Assembly (NCBI GenBank): GCA_040767085.1
Contig: JAXGPF010000004.1
Span: forward strand, 256,001-320,000
Source: Kiritimatiellia bacterium
GTDB taxonomy: Bacteria > Verrucomicrobiota > Kiritimatiellia > JAAZAB01
Length of the DNA stretch: 64,000 bases
Direction of reading: 5' to 3'
Shown one piece after another: positions 49,815 through 58,216 of this stretch. A program made the translations under genes and the position numbers. The first letter of the stretch is position 1. Each line of letters starts with the position of its first letter. The notes beneath the pieces were generated by a model that was not told the DNA's origin, did no database searches, and was given only the letters and a program-made list of their open reading frames with translations.

Positions 49815-50756
49815 TCATATCTTCAGGACAACTTCTGCTCCACCCGCGTCAATCTCGAGGATCGCCGCCAGCAGCAGTTGGGTGCTGCGCACCACGTTCT
49901 CGATGTTCACGCGTTCGGCCACATCACCCGACAGATGGTATTGCGAACCGGCGTTAGGAAAAGATCCCGTATTCATCACGGTCCTGCGGAATCCGGCCTT
50001 GATAAACATGCCGTCGTCGTCATTTACTCGCTCCTTGAAGTGAACCCGCACGTTTAAGTCAATATTGTGGCGGGCGGCGCAAGCCGCGACGAATTCGGAC
50101 AGCGCTCGTCCTTCGTCAGTGCTATGGCATACAACATGCGTCAGCTTGCCGGCGGCGACATCTTCGTCCGACTTGCTGTCCAACGAGTCCACGTTCATTA
50201 CGGCGATGATATCGTCACCGCGCTCCGCGGCGGCCTCCGCTGCAAAACGGCTGGTCCAAGGGGTATGCTCCTCGTTGCAGAATAGGATACGAACTGAACG
50301 TCGGAGATCGCACGTCGCCAGAATTCTTGCCAGTTCAAGGTTGGCCACAGTGCCGGCAGTATTATCATGCGCGCCGGGCGAATCGATCCAGCTCATCGAA
50401 TCCTTGTGCGAGATCAACTGGATGATCTCCGCGGGGTGCTCGAGGCCGGGCCGGACTACCTCGAGGTTCGTCGCTTCATACCACGGGTCCTCGGGGGCGG
50501 GCCTGGAATACCAGTGATGAAGCGGTTTGCTGCTGTTACAGCGGTAAGCTTGTACCCTGTGCACGGTAGAAGCCACCTCGTAGGTGGCTGCCTCGAGTTG
50601 GCCGCGAATGAAGCCGTCCGCCTCAGCCAGCGAGTTGATGCTTTGGCCCGGTCGCGTGTAGTTAACCTTGCGAAACGTCAAGGGATCGCGGCAGAGATAG
50701 TGGAGATCGCAACGGATGCGGTCGGCCGACACTTGCTGAAGTACTTCCTGTATCAT
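49815..50756 (-). CDS. M28-family peptidase (integron cassette-like)
   Basis: SHKDS, PGAHDNTAG, CNEEH, NVDS, QYHL; RBS GAGGAG before ATG 50756. Confidence 0.85.
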   Translation of the reverse strand: MIQEVLQQVSADRIRCDLHYLCRDPLTFRKVNYTRPGQSINSLAEADGFIRGQLEAATYEVASTVHRVQAYRCNSSKPLHHWYSRPAPEDPWYEATNLEVVRPGLEHPAEIIQLISHKDSMSWIDSPGAHDNTAGTVANLELARILATCDLRRSVRILFCNEEHTPWTSRFAAEAAAERGDDIIAVMNVDSLDSKSDEDVAAGKLTHVVCHSTDEGRALSEFVAACAARHNIDLNVRVHFKERVNDDDGMFIKAGFRRTVMNTGSFPNAGSQYHLSGDVAERVNIENVVRSTQLLLAAILEIDAGGAEVVLKI

Positions 50757-50984
50757 GACGAAGTTTCTCCTCTTGCCAAAAATAATATTATGTGTCACGC
50801 ATAGCTCGGCGCGTTTACGTCTTTATCGCAAATACCATCAGCAATACAACTGGAAGGCAACCAGTCTGCCGTCGTGGATGGTCGTTCGGTTCAGGGACCA
50901 AAATCCACAGTTAAATAAAAAGCATCTTACCAAAGGCGGCGGATAAGCGTCAAGGCGGTTTTGCGTGAAAATATCGGGCAAGAT

Positions 50985-51401
50985 GTGCCGCCGCCAGTGC
51001 CGGCAAAAGCCAATCCAGGGCCAGGGAGTGTGGGCGGGGAGACAAACTGACCGTTACTGGCGGCCCGTTTGCGTGAGTATTTGAGGGTGGCACACTATTC
51101 CTATCGCACCGAACAGATCTATCTCGGATGGATATCCGGCGGCATCATGTGGACAAGCAACATCTCCAGCGCGCTGTTCGCGAGGCGGTTCGCTGTGTAG
51201 GATTGACGCTCCGGTTCCCCCCGCATTGTTTCCGCCATTTCTTTGCTACCCATCTGCTGGAGGCGGGCCAGGATATCCAAACGGTTCAGGAATTGCCCGG
51301 GCATTCCGATATTTCCACCACCATGATCTACACTCATGTATTACACTCATGTATTGAACAAAGATCCCATGGGCGTTGTCAGCCCATTGGACACGCTCTG
51401 A
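50985..51401 (+). pseudogene. intI: Integron integrase pseudogene
   Basis: [22 protein letters not shown] fused out of frame to IRRHH...LQRAV...[38 protein letters not shown]; 13-bp duplication, then [15 protein letters not shown]. Confidence 0.9.
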
Positions 51402-51552
51402 TCGGCAAATGTCAATGATCTGCAATATTGTGAATCTTGTGCATTTTGTGTCTAAATCCTGCTTGTCAACAACATAACGCGTTTTGTATAATTTTGGTTT
51501 TTGGCGGGGTAAACCCGTCGGGGGACTTTTGAAATTGGCTGACCGGATAACA

Positions 51553-52779
51553 ATGCAGCCCGACGATCAAGTTGAATTGGAAATAACCGACCTGGCCTAT
51601 GGCGGCCGGGGCGTGGCCCGGCATGACGGCCGGGTGGTTTTCGTGCCGGGCGCGGCCCCGGGCGAACGGGTGCGGGCGCGGATTGTTAAAGCGCACGCCA
51701 AATTCGCCGAGGCGGATTTGATGGAAATCCTGCAAGCCGCGCCGGCGCGGATAACGCCCGCCTGCCCTTTGGCCGGCGTCTGCCCCGGCTGCTGTTACCA
51801 GCACCTGGACTATGCCGAGGAACTGCGCGCCAAGTCCATGCAGATCAAGTCATTAATGCAGCGGATGGCGCATCTGGAGCAGTTTGAGTTTCTCCCGGCG
51901 CAGCCGTCCCCGCAGCCGCTGGGATACCGCAACAAAATCGTCCTGCATGCCGACATTCAACCGGATACCCATGCGCGGTGGGGCTATTATGGGCACGACA
52001 ACCGCACCATCCTGGATGTGCCGGCCTGCCCGCTGGCTGACCCCCGCATCAACGCCAAACTGGCGGAGTTGCGCGCGGGCGGCGTGGATTACGGCAAAGG
52101 AGCAAAGCCATCCACCAGCGCGCCTGAACTCACACTCCGTTGCACCGCACAGGATGGCGCGCAATATTGGGTGGGCACGCCCGATCCCCGCGCGCCCTGG
52201 CTGCGCGAAGAAACGTTGCTGGGGGAACTCCGCGTGCCGCGCGGCAGCTTTTTTCAAGTCAATCCCGCGGTCGCCAACCTGCTGACCGCGGCGGTGCAAG
52301 CCCGGATTAAAGCCTGGCAGCCGCCGATGTTCTGGGATGTATATTGCGGCGCCGGCCTGTTTGCCCTGGCTGCGGCGGCGGCCGGGGTGCCGTCAGCGGC
52401 GGGAGTGGATAATGACGGCGCGGCCATCCGGGCGGCCCGGCATAATGCGCGAAAGCTGGCCGCCGGAAGTATTCATTTTGAAAAGCAGGATGCCGCCGCC
52501 GGCCTGCGCCAACTGGCGCAAGCCCACCCGGGCGCCGACGCGCTGATCATGCTGGACCCGCCGCGCACCGGACTGGAGCGCAACGTCATTGCCACACTCG
52601 CGGAATTGCGGCCCAACCGGATGATTTACAGTTCCTGCGCCGCGGACACGCTGGCGCGCGACCTGGCGCGCCTCGCCCAGGCCGGCTACCGCCTGGAATC
52701 GCTGCAAATTTTTGACATGTTCCCCCGCACCATGCATTGCGAATGCCTGGCCTGCCTGGAGCAGGCGCCGGCCGGGTGA
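51553..52779 (+). CDS. rlmD: 23S rRNA (uracil-C5)-methyltransferase, RlmD family with TRAM domain
   Basis: ITDLAYGGRGVAR, CP..G.CPGC.YQH, FFQVN, DVYCGAG, LDPPRTG, SSC, DMFPRT.H.E. Confidence 0.88.
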   Translation: MQPDDQVELEITDLAYGGRGVARHDGRVVFVPGAAPGERVRARIVKAHAKFAEADLMEILQAAPARITPACPLAGVCPGCCYQHLDYAEELRAKSMQIKSLMQRMAHLEQFEFLPAQPSPQPLGYRNKIVLHADIQPDTHARWGYYGHDNRTILDVPACPLADPRINAKLAELRAGGVDYGKGAKPSTSAPELTLRCTAQDGAQYWVGTPDPRAPWLREETLLGELRVPRGSFFQVNPAVANLLTAAVQARIKAWQPPMFWDVYCGAGLFALAAAAAGVPSAAGVDNDGAAIRAARHNARKLAAGSIHFEKQDAAAGLRQLAQAHPGADALIMLDPPRTGLERNVIATLAELRPNRMIYSSCAADTLARDLARLAQAGYRLESLQIFDMFPRTMHCECLACLEQAPAG

Positions 52780-52791
52780 CACCCGCCCGGA

Positions 52792-54246
52792 TCAAACAGA
52801 CGGGAACACGGTGCGAACCTGGAAAGACGCGCCGCGGATTTCATCCAAATGCGTCGCATCCCGCATCTGCCCCACCGCCTGGATTTGCATTAACAGGTTG
52901 CCGGCCGCGGCTGCTTCCAGGGGGCCGATATCCACGGGCAGTCCGCAGGCGTCCGCCAGCCATTGGCAGAGCAAGGCATTCCGGCTGCCGCCGCCCACGA
53001 TCCGCACGCGGCGGAATGGCCGGCCGGCAGCCGCTTCCAGAATGCGCATATCGTCGCGACAGGCTTGCGCCAGGCTGCGGTACACAATCCGCGCCGTATC
53101 TCCCGGTGATGCCGGCGGTTGCCGGCCCGCGGCGCGGCAGACCTCCCGGATCGCGGCGGGCACATCCGCCGCTTCAGCAATCCGCGGGTCATGCACGTCA
53201 ATCAGGGATTGATTGGCGGAGGCGGCCGCCGCGTCCGTCAACTCCGCCGGGGACCAATCCCGGCCTTCCGCCCGCCAGGCGCGCCGGCATTGCTGGATCA
53301 GCCAGAGCCCCAACCCGCCGCGCCAAACGCCCCAGCCGCCCCCGGGCATTCCCAGCAGGGTAACCGGCGCCGCCGGGACTTCGAGGTCGTCAGCGCGGCT
53401 CCGCCGGAGTCGTCGCCCAGCCGTATCCGGAGCACGGATGCCCAGCATGATCCACGTGCCGCAGCTGACGAAGAGCGTATCGGTTTCCGTTGACGGCAAA
53501 ACATGAAACGCGGCCGGCGTGTCGTGCCCGGCGGTCAACACCACCGGCAGGCCGTTCCAGGCGGGAGCGGGCGCACGGTCGGCCGGGATGCAGCCCAGAA
53601 TGGCCGGCGCTGTTTTTAATTCCGGCAGAATCTCCGCCGGGATGTCCAGTTGCGCCAGCAGGGCGCGGTCCCAGCCGCCGGACTGGCGGTTACACATTTG
53701 CGCGGCAGATGCCATGGTCCAGTCGGTGCCCGCCGCGCCGCATAAATCGTAATGGCCGAGATCGGCGATGTGCAGCAAACGCCGGGCCCGCGCCAGCCGG
53801 TCCGGCTCCTGGGCCGCCATGGCGCGCAACTGGCAGAGCGTGGTGATGTTGGTCGGAGCGACTCCCGCGCGGCGCACCAGTTCTTCCGGGGCAATTACAT
53901 CCCGGAATTTTTCCGGCATGCCGCTGGTCCGGGAATCGAGGTATGACACCGGATCGCCGAGCAAGTTTCCGGACTCATCCAGCAGGCCGAAATCCTGGGC
54001 CCAACTGCAACAGCTCACCGATTGCGGTGGCGGCAAGGCAGCCAGTCCGCGGCGGATTTCCGAACGAATCAGGGCCCAGTCCCAGCGCAGCCGGCCATCG
54101 CGCAAGGACGCGGTATGTTCAAAACGATGCGTCTCGCGGATATCCAGTCGGACGCCATCCAGCAGCCGGCCGGTCATGATCCGGCCATTGCTGGCGCCCA
54201 GGTCAATTGCCGCGAAGGTTGGATTTTTGATGGGGGGCATCATCAA
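52792..54246 (-). CDS. FGGY sugar kinase, rhamnulokinase-like
   Basis: AIDLGASNGR, WAQDFGLLD, GHDT, GTW, GLWLIQQCRR, IVGGGSRNALLCQ, EAAAAGN. Confidence 0.88.
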   Translation of the reverse strand: MMMPPIKNPTFAAIDLGASNGRIMTGRLLDGVRLDIRETHRFEHTASLRDGRLRWDWALIRSEIRRGLAALPPPQSVSCCSWAQDFGLLDESGNLLGDPVSYLDSRTSGMPEKFRDVIAPEELVRRAGVAPTNITTLCQLRAMAAQEPDRLARARRLLHIADLGHYDLCGAAGTDWTMASAAQMCNRQSGGWDRALLAQLDIPAEILPELKTAPAILGCIPADRAPAPAWNGLPVVLTAGHDTPAAFHVLPSTETDTLFVSCGTWIMLGIRAPDTAGRRLRRSRADDLEVPAAPVTLLGMPGGGWGVWRGGLGLWLIQQCRRAWRAEGRDWSPAELTDAAAASANQSLIDVHDPRIAEAADVPAAIREVCRAAGRQPPASPGDTARIVYRSLAQACRDDMRILEAAAGRPFRRVRIVGGGSRNALLCQWLADACGLPVDIGPLEAAAAGNLLMQIQAVGQMRDATHLDEIRGASFQVRTVFPSV

Positions 54247-54289
54247 GGAAAATCATTGCCGGCATTGTTTATATTGCAATTCAGATGCC

Positions 54290-54383
54290 GGATGCATCAC
54301 ACATTGACGCTACTATAGGATGCGCAACACAGTTGCGCCGCTACAGGACGGAGGCCGGATGCATCACACAGTAACGCTACTAC
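54290..54383 (-). repeat. Three 27-bp GTAG-REP-like palindromes (same family as 4097-4243)
   Basis: Copies at 54290-54316, 54318-54344, 54357-54383; best copy gtagcg-gcgcaac-tgt-gttgcgc-atcc. Confidence 0.8.
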
Positions 54384-54393
54384 AAATCGGAAC

Positions 54394-54450
54394 GGCGGCC
54401 AAGGGACCCAGGCTTTGCCAAGGCTACGCCGGGCAAGCTGGCCGCCCTAC
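54394..54450 (-). repeat. GTAG palindrome with a nested second element
   Basis: gtag-ggcggcca-g[cttgcccggcgtagccttggcaaagcctggg]tccct-tggccgcc. Confidence 0.6.
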
Positions 54451-54507
54451 CCATTCGTCAATAATCATCCAGTCTATTTTGAGAACATTAATATCATAGA
54501 AAAACGG

Positions 54508-55908
54508 TCAACTCAGCACTTCCATGTCAAACAATTTTGCAAATTCCAGCACCCCGGCGGCGCAATCCGCCGGCGCCACGCAGCAATGATGCGCCCGCAT
54601 GTTCCGCACAAAATCCTGCCAGGGGCCCGCCAGGCTGATATAAGCCCAGGGCCAGACGCCGGCCATGCCGCCCATCTCGGACCGGTCATGCGGTTCATCC
54701 ACCGCCCTGCCGCGCGCCAGATGGATCACGTACCGGCCCTTGATGCGGCCGAACCGCGCCACGGTCACCGGACCGGCCGGCAGCACGAAATGGGTGCAGG
54801 CGCCGCCCTGGCACAGGTGGCGCTTGCGCTGCTCGTCCCAGGTCCCCTGCACCACCGGGCAGTCATGCAGTTCCACCTGGCGCGTGCCGCCCGCCAGGCT
54901 GGGCGCCGCCATGCCGCAGTTCAGGATGCGCACCAGGTTGCGCTCCCGGTCTATGTACTGCACGTCGCCAAACATCGCCGGCCGGCCGGCCAGCCGGCCG
55001 AGCAGGAACATGCCCAGGGCATTATTGATATCGTTCTCGCAGGCCACGATGTAGCCGGCGTCATTCCAAAGCGCGATCGGCAGGCAGGGGGCGAGATAAT
55101 TGTCAATCAAGTCCGGCTGGCACTGGATGCCCGCGAAACTCCAGCCGCGTTCTTCGAACAGGTCCGCGCCGGCCGCGAACAAACGCGCCGACCGCTCGAG
55201 CGCCCGCGGCGCACAGGCGATGCGCTTGAATGACGCGCGCCATTTTTTCACCAGCGGCCGCACCCGGGCGGCCGACACGGCCTGGGCGCGGTGGATCAGG
55301 GTCCACTGCTCCACCGGGTCAACATGCATGCCGAACATCCGGCGCAACTGGTTTTCATCCGAACTCATGGGCAGCATTTCCAGGCAACGCCCGCCGATGG
55401 CGCCATACACCGCACCCTGCAAATCCGCGCGGGCCGCGCAGGCGCGCGCCCATTGCTGGAGCGATGTCCGCGTATCGTTCTCCAACCCGCCGTAGAATAA
55501 CTGGTGGCCGGCGCCGATTTCGTCCAGCGCCCCGTGCGCCACGCCCAGGCCGATCAGCGAGGCATCCTGCCGGCTGGGCAAGGCCCACAGGCAGCACGGC
55601 ACGCCCGCCTGCTGGGCAATCCCGGCGGTGACGTTGGAGCGGTGAAACCAGGCCGTGCGGATCAGGATGCCGCAGACGCCGGCGCGCCGCATTTTTTCCA
55701 ACGCCTGGCGCGCCTTGGGTTCAGTATCCACCACGATGCCGGCAGCGGCCGCCCGGATGCCGGCGGTTTTCAGCCAGGCGATATTCCGGGCGCTGTCCTT
55801 GAGAATATCGCTGAACATTTTCGGCCCCAGCCGCGGATCCGCCACATCCAGGTACCCGATCACAGGTTGGCAACGATAAGCATTACGCATGGCAAGTATG
55901 TACTTCAA
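54508..55908 (-). CDS. L-fucose/L-arabinose isomerase superfamily protein
   Basis: IQCQPDL, PCLP, VACENDINNAL, LNCG, GPVTVARF, HHC; start 55908 (TTG) or 55890 (ATG). Confidence 0.8.
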   Translation of the reverse strand: MKYILAMRNAYRCQPVIGYLDVADPRLGPKMFSDILKDSARNIAWLKTAGIRAAAAGIVVDTEPKARQALEKMRRAGVCGILIRTAWFHRSNVTAGIAQQAGVPCCLWALPSRQDASLIGLGVAHGALDEIGAGHQLFYGGLENDTRTSLQQWARACAARADLQGAVYGAIGGRCLEMLPMSSDENQLRRMFGMHVDPVEQWTLIHRAQAVSAARVRPLVKKWRASFKRIACAPRALERSARLFAAGADLFEERGWSFAGIQCQPDLIDNYLAPCLPIALWNDAGYIVACENDINNALGMFLLGRLAGRPAMFGDVQYIDRERNLVRILNCGMAAPSLAGGTRQVELHDCPVVQGTWDEQRKRHLCQGGACTHFVLPAGPVTVARFGRIKGRYVIHLARGRAVDEPHDRSEMGGMAGVWPWAYISLAGPWQDFVRNMRAHHCCVAPADCAAGVLEFAKLFDMEVLS

Positions 55909-55910
55909 AT

Positions 55911-55952
55911 GGGTTCAAGCTTCACGGTTCAGGATTCAAAGTACGGGATTCA
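55911..55952. repeat. Heptamer tandem repeat (about 6 copies, ggRttca-like)
   Basis: gggttca agcttca cggttca ggattca aagtacg ggattca. Confidence 0.65.
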
Positions 55953-55953
55953 G

Positions 55954-56751
55954 TCAGCCGCAGAAGGTGCGGCCGCCGTCCACATACAGCGACTGACCGG
56001 TGATGTAGGACGCGCGGTCAGACAGCAGGAACAGCACCGCCTGCGCAACGTCCTCAGGCCGGCCCAGTCGGCGCAATGGCACTTTTTCCGCCAGTAGCCG
56101 GCGTTTTTCCGGGTCGGGATGCCGCTGGCGCAGCAAGTCGGTATCAATCAAGGAAGGATGGACCAGGTTGCACCGGATACCCGCTGGGGCGAATTCCCTG
56201 GTAATCGCGCGGTTCAATCCCTCCAGGCCGGCCTTGGCCGAGGCATAGTCGGCCCGGCCGCCGCCGCCGGCCACGATGGCGGCCGACCCGATCAGCGCCA
56301 GCGCTCCGCCGCCAGCCGAACGCAGATGCGGGATCGCAGCCTGCGCGGCGATAAACGCGCCATTCAGGTTGATATCCACCACCCGGCGCCAGTCAGCCGC
56401 CGTCAGGTTCATGAATCCCACGGGCGAGGTGAAGCCGGCCGCGTACACCAATCCGTGCAACCCCTGCCAGCGCGCAGCCACCTCGTCCACGAAAGCGCGG
56501 GTGCCGGCGTCATCCGTGCAGTCCACCGCCCGGTCGCAGCAGTCCGCGCCAACCGCCTCCAACTGCCGGCGCAATTCCGCACTGCCGGCGGTATCGGCCG
56601 GATTGCCGAGGTGCGTCCAGGCCGCCCGCGCCCCGGCCTCGCCCAGCAGGCGGCAGACCATTGCGCCGATGCCGCGGGCGCCGCCGATGACGATGTAGGA
56701 TTTGTTTAGAAAACCGGAATCGGCGATGGGATTACGATCTATTTCTTTCAT
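55954..56751 (-). CDS. SDR-family NAD(P)-dependent oxidoreductase
   Basis: GGARGIG, IGS, YASAK, IRCNLVHP, YITGQSLYVDGG. Confidence 0.93.
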   Translation of the reverse strand: MKEIDRNPIADSGFLNKSYIVIGGARGIGAMVCRLLGEAGARAAWTHLGNPADTAGSAELRRQLEAVGADCCDRAVDCTDDAGTRAFVDEVAARWQGLHGLVYAAGFTSPVGFMNLTAADWRRVVDINLNGAFIAAQAAIPHLRSAGGGALALIGSAAIVAGGGGRADYASAKAGLEGLNRAITREFAPAGIRCNLVHPSLIDTDLLRQRHPDPEKRRLLAEKVPLRRLGRPEDVAQAVLFLLSDRASYITGQSLYVDGGRTFCG

Positions 56752-56780
56752 GCTGACCTCCACCAGGGGCGCCAGGGCAG

Positions 56781-58115
56781 TCAGGGCCGCAACACCTGTT
56801 TAACGCTCTTCTCGAATTTTTCCAGGATTTCATCGCACTCCGTCCGGTTGACAATCAGGGGCGGCTTGACTTTCAACACCTGCTTGCGCACGCCGCCCAG
56901 GCCGAAGATCACGCCGTTTTGCATGCCGGCATTGCGGATGGCGACGGTCTCCTTTTCCAGCGGCTGCTTGCTCTGGGGATCGCGGACGAATTCCACGCCG
57001 ATGTGCAGGCCGGCCTGGCGCACATCGCCGATTTCGGGATAAGTTGACATCATGGCACGCAGACGCTCGCCCAGGTAAGCGCCCATCCGGCGGCAATTTT
57101 CCAGGACGCCCTGCTCAAGCATCTGCAATTGCTTGGCGGCGGTCACCATGGACAAGGTCGGACTGGCGAAGGTGTGCAATTCTTCCGTATCGGGCTGGAA
57201 GCCTTGCAACTTATCGGAAATGATGATTCCCGCCAGCGGCAGGCCGGCGCCCAGCGCCTTGCCCAGGACGATGATGTCGGGCGTGACCTTGAAATAATCC
57301 GCGGCGAACATTTCGCCGATCCGGCCGAAGGTCTGGATCTCGTCAAACACCAGCAAGGTCTGGTATTCATCGCACAGCTTGCGCAAGCCTTCCAGGTAGC
57401 GCCGGGGCACGATAATCTGTCCCGCACTGGCCTGGATCGGCTCGACGATCACGCCCGCCGGCCGGCCGGCAATGCCGCGTTCGAAAGTCTCGCGCGCCAT
57501 GGTCAGGCACATGTCAACGTAGGTTTCCGGGTCCGCATTGAAGGGATTGCGGTAGGTATAAGGATTGGGAATGCGGACAAACGGGCGCGTCAACGACAGG
57601 AAGCGGCTGCCGCCCATGTATCCGCCATTGGCATGCGTAGAAATCCAACTGGAGCCCATCGTGCCCAGGGTGGTGCCGTGGTAGCTGTCATGCAGGCAGA
57701 CGAAATCCCGGCCCGTTTCGACGTTCTTGACGCAAATCTTCATGGCCCCTTCGATCGCCGGCCCGCCGCCGACGGTGAAGGAAACGCGGTTCAGGCCGTC
57801 CGGCGCGAGCTGCGCCAGCTTGCGCGCCAGGTAAAAGCGCGGCTTGGAATCGAATCCCTGGTGGACGTGGGTCAACGACTCGATATGCTCGCGGATCACC
57901 TGGTTGACGGCGGCGTTGGCATATCCCAGATACAGCGCCCAGCTTTGAGAAGTGCAGTCAATGTAATCTTTGCCCGCGGCATCCCAGACGCGCACGCCCT
58001 TGCCCCGCACCAACACCGGCCCGCCGCGGGTGCCGCCGCCCAGCATGACGTGCCGGGCGCACTCCTCCATCTGGCTGGCATCCAAACTGTAGATTTCCTG
58101 CAGCAATGCATCCAT
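56781..58115 (-). CDS. Class-III PLP-dependent aminotransferase
   Basis: RGKGVRVWD..GKDYID, SYHG.T, VEPIQ, FDEIQT, PDIIVLGKALGAG, HTF, KPPL. Confidence 0.93.
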   Translation of the reverse strand: MDALLQEIYSLDASQMEECARHVMLGGGTRGGPVLVRGKGVRVWDAAGKDYIDCTSQSWALYLGYANAAVNQVIREHIESLTHVHQGFDSKPRFYLARKLAQLAPDGLNRVSFTVGGGPAIEGAMKICVKNVETGRDFVCLHDSYHGTTLGTMGSSWISTHANGGYMGGSRFLSLTRPFVRIPNPYTYRNPFNADPETYVDMCLTMARETFERGIAGRPAGVIVEPIQASAGQIIVPRRYLEGLRKLCDEYQTLLVFDEIQTFGRIGEMFAADYFKVTPDIIVLGKALGAGLPLAGIIISDKLQGFQPDTEELHTFASPTLSMVTAAKQLQMLEQGVLENCRRMGAYLGERLRAMMSTYPEIGDVRQAGLHIGVEFVRDPQSKQPLEKETVAIRNAGMQNGVIFGLGGVRKQVLKVKPPLIVNRTECDEILEKFEKSVKQVLRP

Positions 58116-58216
58116 GTTTTCCTCCCGCGGCTATATGCTTATCGGTTAACGGCGCCAATATAGCCTCGGCGCAGCGGGAAACACAACCGCGAATATCTAC
58201 AAAGATTGATCGGAAT

